Source of the DNA: Candidatus Bipolaricaulota bacterium
GTDB lineage: Bacteria > Bipolaricaulota > Bipolaricaulia > UBA7950 > UBA9294
Direction: 5' to 3'
DNA: 64,000 nt
NCBI GenBank assembly: GCA_040752575.1
Contig: JBFMGK010000027.1
Location: 110,319 to 174,318 of the forward strand
Made by a program: the position numbers and the translations under genes. Below the pieces are notes generated by a model, which was not told the DNA's origin, did no database searches, and saw only the letters and a list, made by a program, of their open reading frames with translations. This document shows positions 63,571 through 64,000 of this stretch, piece after piece (the first letter of the stretch is position 1; every line of letters starts with the position of its first letter).

Positions 63571-63603
63571 GTCGTACCCCCTAGGTATGAGGATCTGGTG
63601 CCC

Positions 63604-63632
63604 AGTATAGCAACGAGGTAGGGGCTTGCCAA
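63604..63632 (-). promoter_or_regulatory. Promoter for HU
   Basis: TTGGCA-N17-TATACT with TGn extension. Confidence 0.6.
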
Positions 63633-63793
63633 GTCTGTAGCGCAGTGCACTCGGGTCTTTCGGCGTCCGCGAGCGCGGAAGGTGCCTGTACAAGCATACT
63701 TCGCTTCACGAGACGGGAAACGGCCAAGCTGTCTTGGCTGGGGTCCGGCGAGGCGGCGTTGGCCTGCGCCTGTCCGAGGTAGACCGATGGCCC

Positions 63794-64000
63794 TCACGAC
63801 AGGGACTGGCGGAAAGCCTCGTCCAGGATGTCGAGACCCTCGTCGAGCTGGTCGTCGGTGATGACGAGGGACACGAGGACGCGCAGGACGTTACCTTGGA
63901 GACCTGCCGTGGGGAAAATGGCTCCCCGAGCCATGGCCGCCTGCGCAATGCGTCCCGTGAGTTCCTTGGCCGGCTCCTTGGTCGTTCGATCCTTCACGAG
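63794..64000 (-). CDS. Class III aminotransferase, C-terminal fragment (GabT-like)
   Basis: LVKDRTTKEPA...AGLQGNVLR..SLVITDDQLDEGLDIL; open at the window edge. Confidence 0.75.
   Translation of the reverse strand, partial: LVKDRTTKEPAKELTGRIAQAAMARGAIFPTAGLQGNVLRVLVSLVITDDQLDEGLDILDEAFRQSLS

Noticed and set aside
63633..63793. Gap between the aminotransferase and the HU promoter as a possible ncRNA
   Set aside because: Only short hairpins (e.g. GCCAAG..CTTGGC); no recognisable SRP, 6S, tmRNA or riboswitch motif

Overview
High-GC bacterial core-chromosome window, densely coding, with about 58 CDS and one tRNA. I found no mobile element, prophage or CRISPR array. The gene content suggests an anaerobe from a poorly characterised lineage, possibly Ca. 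Bipolaricaulota/Acetothermia; this is inference only. Main blocks: ABC exporter fragment, aldo-keto reductase-guaA-diguanylate cyclase, orn, acs plus an OFA-type MFS, accD-accA; a ~22 kb glycogen/maltodextrin region (tkt, fba, GalT-like, glgA, two GH13s, malGFE, GH57, unknown GH-like protein, ROK repressor with a 25-bp operator); a 2-oxoacid:ferredoxin oxidoreductase operon; rpmB-tsaB-ribF, ruvB, tldD/pmbA; tRNA(CAU)-RNase H-like-dtd-rpmF; ftsZ; an LTD-PKD surface protein; phoH-mtaB; LCP-rsfS; a UvrD-nuclease; and HU. Two candidate novel systems stand out. (1) A stand-alone FtsZ carries a ~100 aa N-terminal extension resembling DnaA domain I and is translationally coupled to a winged-helix pseudo-response regulator, suggesting a replication/division coupling module. 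(2) A metallophosphoesterase is coupled to a ParB/Srx-like + DUF4032-like + maltosyltransferase-like GH13 fusion whose GH13 site lacks two canonical residues, suggesting a glucan-linked writer/eraser signalling module. Many start codons were refined by eye from the ORF track. All family calls come from motif recognition, not database searches.
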